In this document: one piece after another, positions 47,483 through 51,334 of the stretch | How the letters are laid out: each line of letters begins with the position of its first letter | Position numbering within the stretch: the stretch's first letter is position 1 | Origin: Balamuthia mandrillaris | Taxonomy: Eukaryota | Assembly (NCBI GenBank): GCA_031835245.2 | Contig: JAVKOQ020000056.1 | Location: forward strand, 186,001-237,334 | Length of the DNA: 51,334 nucleotides | Reading direction: 5' to 3' | Made by a program: the position numbers and the translations under genes | The notes under the pieces: model-generated | What the model saw: the letters and a program-made list of their open reading frames with translations, nothing else | The model's database searches: none | Told to the model about the DNA's origin: nothing

Positions 47483-48572
47483 AAAAAGATGAGATGAAAG
47501 AAGAGAATGAAAATAGAGACAGAGCAGAAAATGAAAGAAGAAGAAAGAAGAAAGAAAGGCGAATAAAAACCAAAAAATAAACAAACCGTTTCTAGTGGGA
47601 AAGTGTTCCCTAAGCTTCTCCAAGAACTCCACCTGCCGGTCACTCGTCTGCGCCCACTCCTCCACGGTCTTGGCCTCATGCCAAAACGCGGCATGCACTC
47701 TGGCAATGGCGGCCGCTCCAGCCGAGATGGAGGCCGCTGGACCTTGCGTTCTGTCCATGTAATAGCCCTCCGTGAAGCTCGGGGAGTCGGGAGGGATGCT
47801 GTCGGCGATGGCCTCCACGCCGTTGAAGTTGGATGCCACTTGGAAGGTGGCGAAGCGGTTCTCGGGGAGGGCTTGCAGCGCGGCGACGTCCACGCATTCG
47901 TATGACTGAATGGAAAGAAGATGAGAAGGGAAGAAAGGAAGAGAAAGAAAGAGAAGAAACGACGAAAGAAGAAGGAAGAAGAAAGAAACGATGAAAGAAA
48001 AAGAGAAAAGAAAAAAGAGAAAAGAATAGAATGACAAGCAGCAAAAAACATATAAAGGAAACATAACCGCATCAATGGAGTGAGCATACCTCAGAATCTT
48101 TTCGCGTAAGAATATGAAACTCAACGGGAGAACGATCTCCTGCGGAGCGCGAAGCAGACGACGCCAAAGCCTCCACCTCCGACCGCAGCTGCTCCAACGA
48201 AGGCGTGGAGAAGGCGCCCGCCTTGAACTCTTTGCCCGTCTTCAGGTTCTTCACGATCAGGTTGGGTCCGTCCACGTCCTCGCTGACGAGCCCGCCTTTG
48301 CCCTCGTCATCGGGGTGCCTGCGAAACAGCCCCTCGCTCTTGGCGTCCTCCTTCAGTTGCCGCCATTCGGGCTCGTGATAGCCGGTCAGGTACTCGAACC
48401 ATTGGTTCACCCTGAGCATAGCGTCGCCGCCCGACGAAGAAGAAGAAGAACTGCTGGCTTCCATCTTGCGTTGTTTTTGAGGTTTTGTTTTGTTGGTGCT
48501 CTTCTTCTTCTTTTTCGTTTCTTCTTCCTCTTCCTCTTCTGCTTCTTCGTCGCTTTTCTTTTTTCTCTTCAT
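46785..48572 (-). CDS. Conserved protein with macro/PARG-like motifs, multi-exon
   Basis: WFEYLTGY, AGAFSTPSLEQLR, FQVASNFNGVE, DRTQGPAASI, and a last exon absent from the ORF track: AYEGTYLAA...LFLTLIGGGVFGN. Stop at 46785-46787. Confidence 0.7.
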
Positions 48573-48767
48573 TTTTTTTTTGTGTTGGTTTTTTCTGTTA
48601 AAAACGATATAATGGTTTTATATTAGGATAATATTATGTTTATTTACCTATACTAATATATTAAATTTTTCCAACCTAAAAGTAAATTTTCCAGGAGGTG
48701 TGATAAAGCATCTTTTACCAACCTATTATATTAATGAATATAATATGAAATGAACAATATATTCTAT

Positions 48768-50553
48768 CTACAACAACAAGAAACGCAAGTGGGAAGGAGA
48801 CGACAGGCGGGCGGCACTTCCTCCGTCCTCCTCTGTTGTGGCCTCCTCGGTGGAGAACTCTTCGATCTCCAGACCGCTCTCCGCGCTGAAGAACTGCTTC
48901 ATACTCTGCTCCTCAGCGTCAGAGCCTGCTTCATTCCAATCTTGTTCCAGCACATCCACCGCGTCATCTCCTATGGGGAAGCAAGAGAGGGGACGTTAGC
49001 TATATCGCCTCGAAAACGGGAAAAGGAACAAAACTCGAAAGAAACGTACCATCGGCTCCATCGGCCTTGATAATGACGACTTCCATCAATATCTTTCCAT
49101 TGGGCAGCTGCTTGACCTCCGCAACCATTACTTGGTACTCACCCGTTCCCTTGGCCTCCAAGTACTTTGTGATGGCCTTTTCCAGCTTCTCCATCAGCTG
49201 CTTTCTCCCTTCCTCCTCTTCCACCACGCTTGGGTCCTCCTCCGCGATGACAAAACGTGCTCGCTTGTGCTTCTCCTTGAACTCCTTCAACGGCTTATCC
49301 GCCAGCTTCTCCCAAACTTTGCCCAGACCTTTCTTCTCCTGGGCCGCTTCGAAGGCGTCCTTCAACCTCCTCTGCAGAGCATCGGAGAACGACTCCAGTA
49401 AGTCGTCCGAGCCCTCGTCGTGAGGAGTCAATACCAGTTGGTCGATCTCCACGTTCATTTCGGTCACCGTGAACCGCTGCGGAGTCTCCTCATCGTTTTC
49501 AGGGATCAAAACGAGCTCCACCACGGCCGTTACCTGCACATCGGCCGTTCCTTCCACGGTGGAGTTGAGAGAACGAACGAACAGCTCGTATTCAACTTCG
49601 AAAATGAAGTCCTCCAAAGAGACACTCCAATGGACCTTTCCTTCTTCCAACTGGAAGGTAACTTCCACGTTCTCCTCCACGTCGTCTTCATCGTAGTCCA
49701 CTTCTAACTCCAGCAGCAGGACGGCCTCTTCTCCAGTGCAGTTTTTCGTTGTTGTTGCTGGATCGACGCAGAAGAGAGCACCACCTTTCTCTTCCTCTTT
49801 TTGAGGGAACGAGGCTACAGACAACCATTCCTTGAACCATTTATGGAGCTCTTTTCTTTGCTCGATAAGTTTTTTGCGGAACTCTTTCTCGAGGAAGGGT
49901 CGCCCTTTCTCTTCTTCGTCTTCTTCGTCCTCATCCTCGTCGCCATCTTTGTGACCATCGTCATTGCTTTCATCCTCATCTGCTTCATTGATAGAGTCTT
50001 CATCATCTAATTCTTCCTCTTTGTCATCTTCTTTTCCGTCTCCTTTGCCATCGTGGCCGTCATGGCCGTCGTGTTCATCGTCTTCTTTGCCGTCATGCCC
50101 ATCACCGTCTTCGCTTTCGTCGTCATCGTCAGGTTTGCTTTCATCCTCATCCTCATCCTCATCACTATCATTTTCATCTTCATGTTCATCTTCGCTTTCA
50201 TCCTCCTCCTCCTCATCCTCATCTTCATCACTATCATCTTCGTCTTGATCTTTTTCTTCACTATCATCTTCGTTTTTATCTTCATCCTTATCTTCGCCAT
50301 CATCTTCAACTTTACTATCGTCTTCATCTTCACCTTTACCATCATCTTCGTCTTCGTCTTCATCTTCACTATCATCTTCATCTGCATCTTCGTCTTCTTC
50401 TTCAGCTTTACCTTTGTCACCTTTTGGTTCAATACTCCTTTCCCAGGGCTCGTCCAGTTGAGCGTCATGCTTGCGTCCAATGGAAGCTGAAGCTACCGCA
50501 AAGAAAAAGCCTAACAGGAGTAGCAGCATCCAAGCTAATTTGTGGAGGGCCAT
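48768..50553 (-). CDS. Secreted, highly acidic (D/E-rich) protein, two exons
   Basis: Signal peptide MALHKLAWMLLLLLGFFFAVASA, a long D/E tract, then a globular acidic region. Intron at about 48972-49029. Confidence 0.75.
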
Positions 50554-51334
50554 TGCTGAAGTGCGTTCCGTCTTCACAATCGAATCGTTGCTGAGAAAAA
50601 CCAAGTTAGCAGCTGTACCGAAAGCTGTTAACCGGAGTTGGGGTTTTGTTCTGTTTTGTTCTGTTTTTTTTTCTTTTGAGTTGACGTTATGTCTTTGTGC
50701 GTTCCGAAAGGCAGAAGCGACGCTTTTATACCCTCAGTTTTGCCTCTTTAGGCACGAAGACATAGGATATTTTGGCTATAAAAGCGCTTTTCGTCGAAAC
50801 GGTTTTTATCACGCACCAATCCCCTCATCGTGCGGAAGATATCATCCGTACTATCCAATACAGGCGACTCCACCCTCGTCCAATCCATTGGTGGCGACCT
50901 TTCGGGTAATTTAGCAACAGCCTCTTCTGCGAAACGGTTTTTATGACAGCTAACCAATCACAAATTAACGTCGACAAATCGATATCCATATTTAGAAAAT
51001 CTATGTCTACAAAATTGTTTTCGTGACGACACAATCGACAAAAATTCAACGCAAACAAAAAATTTCCTCACAACAAAAAAAGAACGAGAAGAGAGGGGGA
51101 TGCAACAACAACCGACAACAACAACACAACCCCACCAAGCAGGAGGAGGCGGAGGAGGAGGACATGTCGCTGGCACCGCCTCTCCAACAACACCAGCACC
51201 CGCAACAACCACAATCACACCTCCCACAACGAGACCCGCGGCCGTTGTCAATTTTCAATTCCCTCCCTCGCACTCCTCTGCTGCTCCGCCGCCGCCCAGG
51301 CCAACAACATCGCCTTCAGCAGCAGCACTGATGT

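Noticed and set aside
51163..51331. Q/P-rich ORF start at the window edge
   Set aside because: Too short and low-complexity to call without downstream sequence.

Overview
Intron-rich, microsatellite-rich eukaryotic DNA that looks like a free-living amoeba (Amoebozoa-like; the taxon is an inference). Ordinary host genes are interleaved with three mobile-DNA zones. (1) 1-5.6 kb is a CpG-poor zone of decayed elements: retropepsin/RT relics, a chromodomain pseudogene and a scrambled inverted duplication. (2) 9990-12437 is a complete IS607-type element encoding a serine recombinase (TnpA) and a Fanzor2/TnpB RNA-guided nuclease. It has a readable omegaRNA/right end, an inferred CCG TAM and guide, and a second orphan copy of its left end at 8541-8568 on the far side of an EAPP gene. 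(3) About 37.1-41.7 kb holds a spliced RAG1/Transib/Chapaev-like DDE transposase facing an unknown convergent gene across a 1.1-kb minisatellite. The Fanzor, the RAG1-like transposase and the chromodomain gene all carry in-frame TGA stops consistent with CGA>TGA decay. Host genes: NOPCHAP1-like, FMO (disrupted), tRNA-Val(TAC), EAPP, a DyP peroxidase fused to a Cys/His-rich N-terminus and an Rdx/SelW-like CxxC domain, an ankyrin-TKL kinase, an NPP phosphodiesterase, a secreted GGN(V/I)YD repeat protein, a coiled-coil protein, an aldo-keto reductase, a SAM-PB1 protein, a dual-specificity phosphatase, a four-HA-domain protein, a macro/PARG-like protein and an acidic secreted protein. All calls come from reading motifs by eye, and exon boundaries are approximate.
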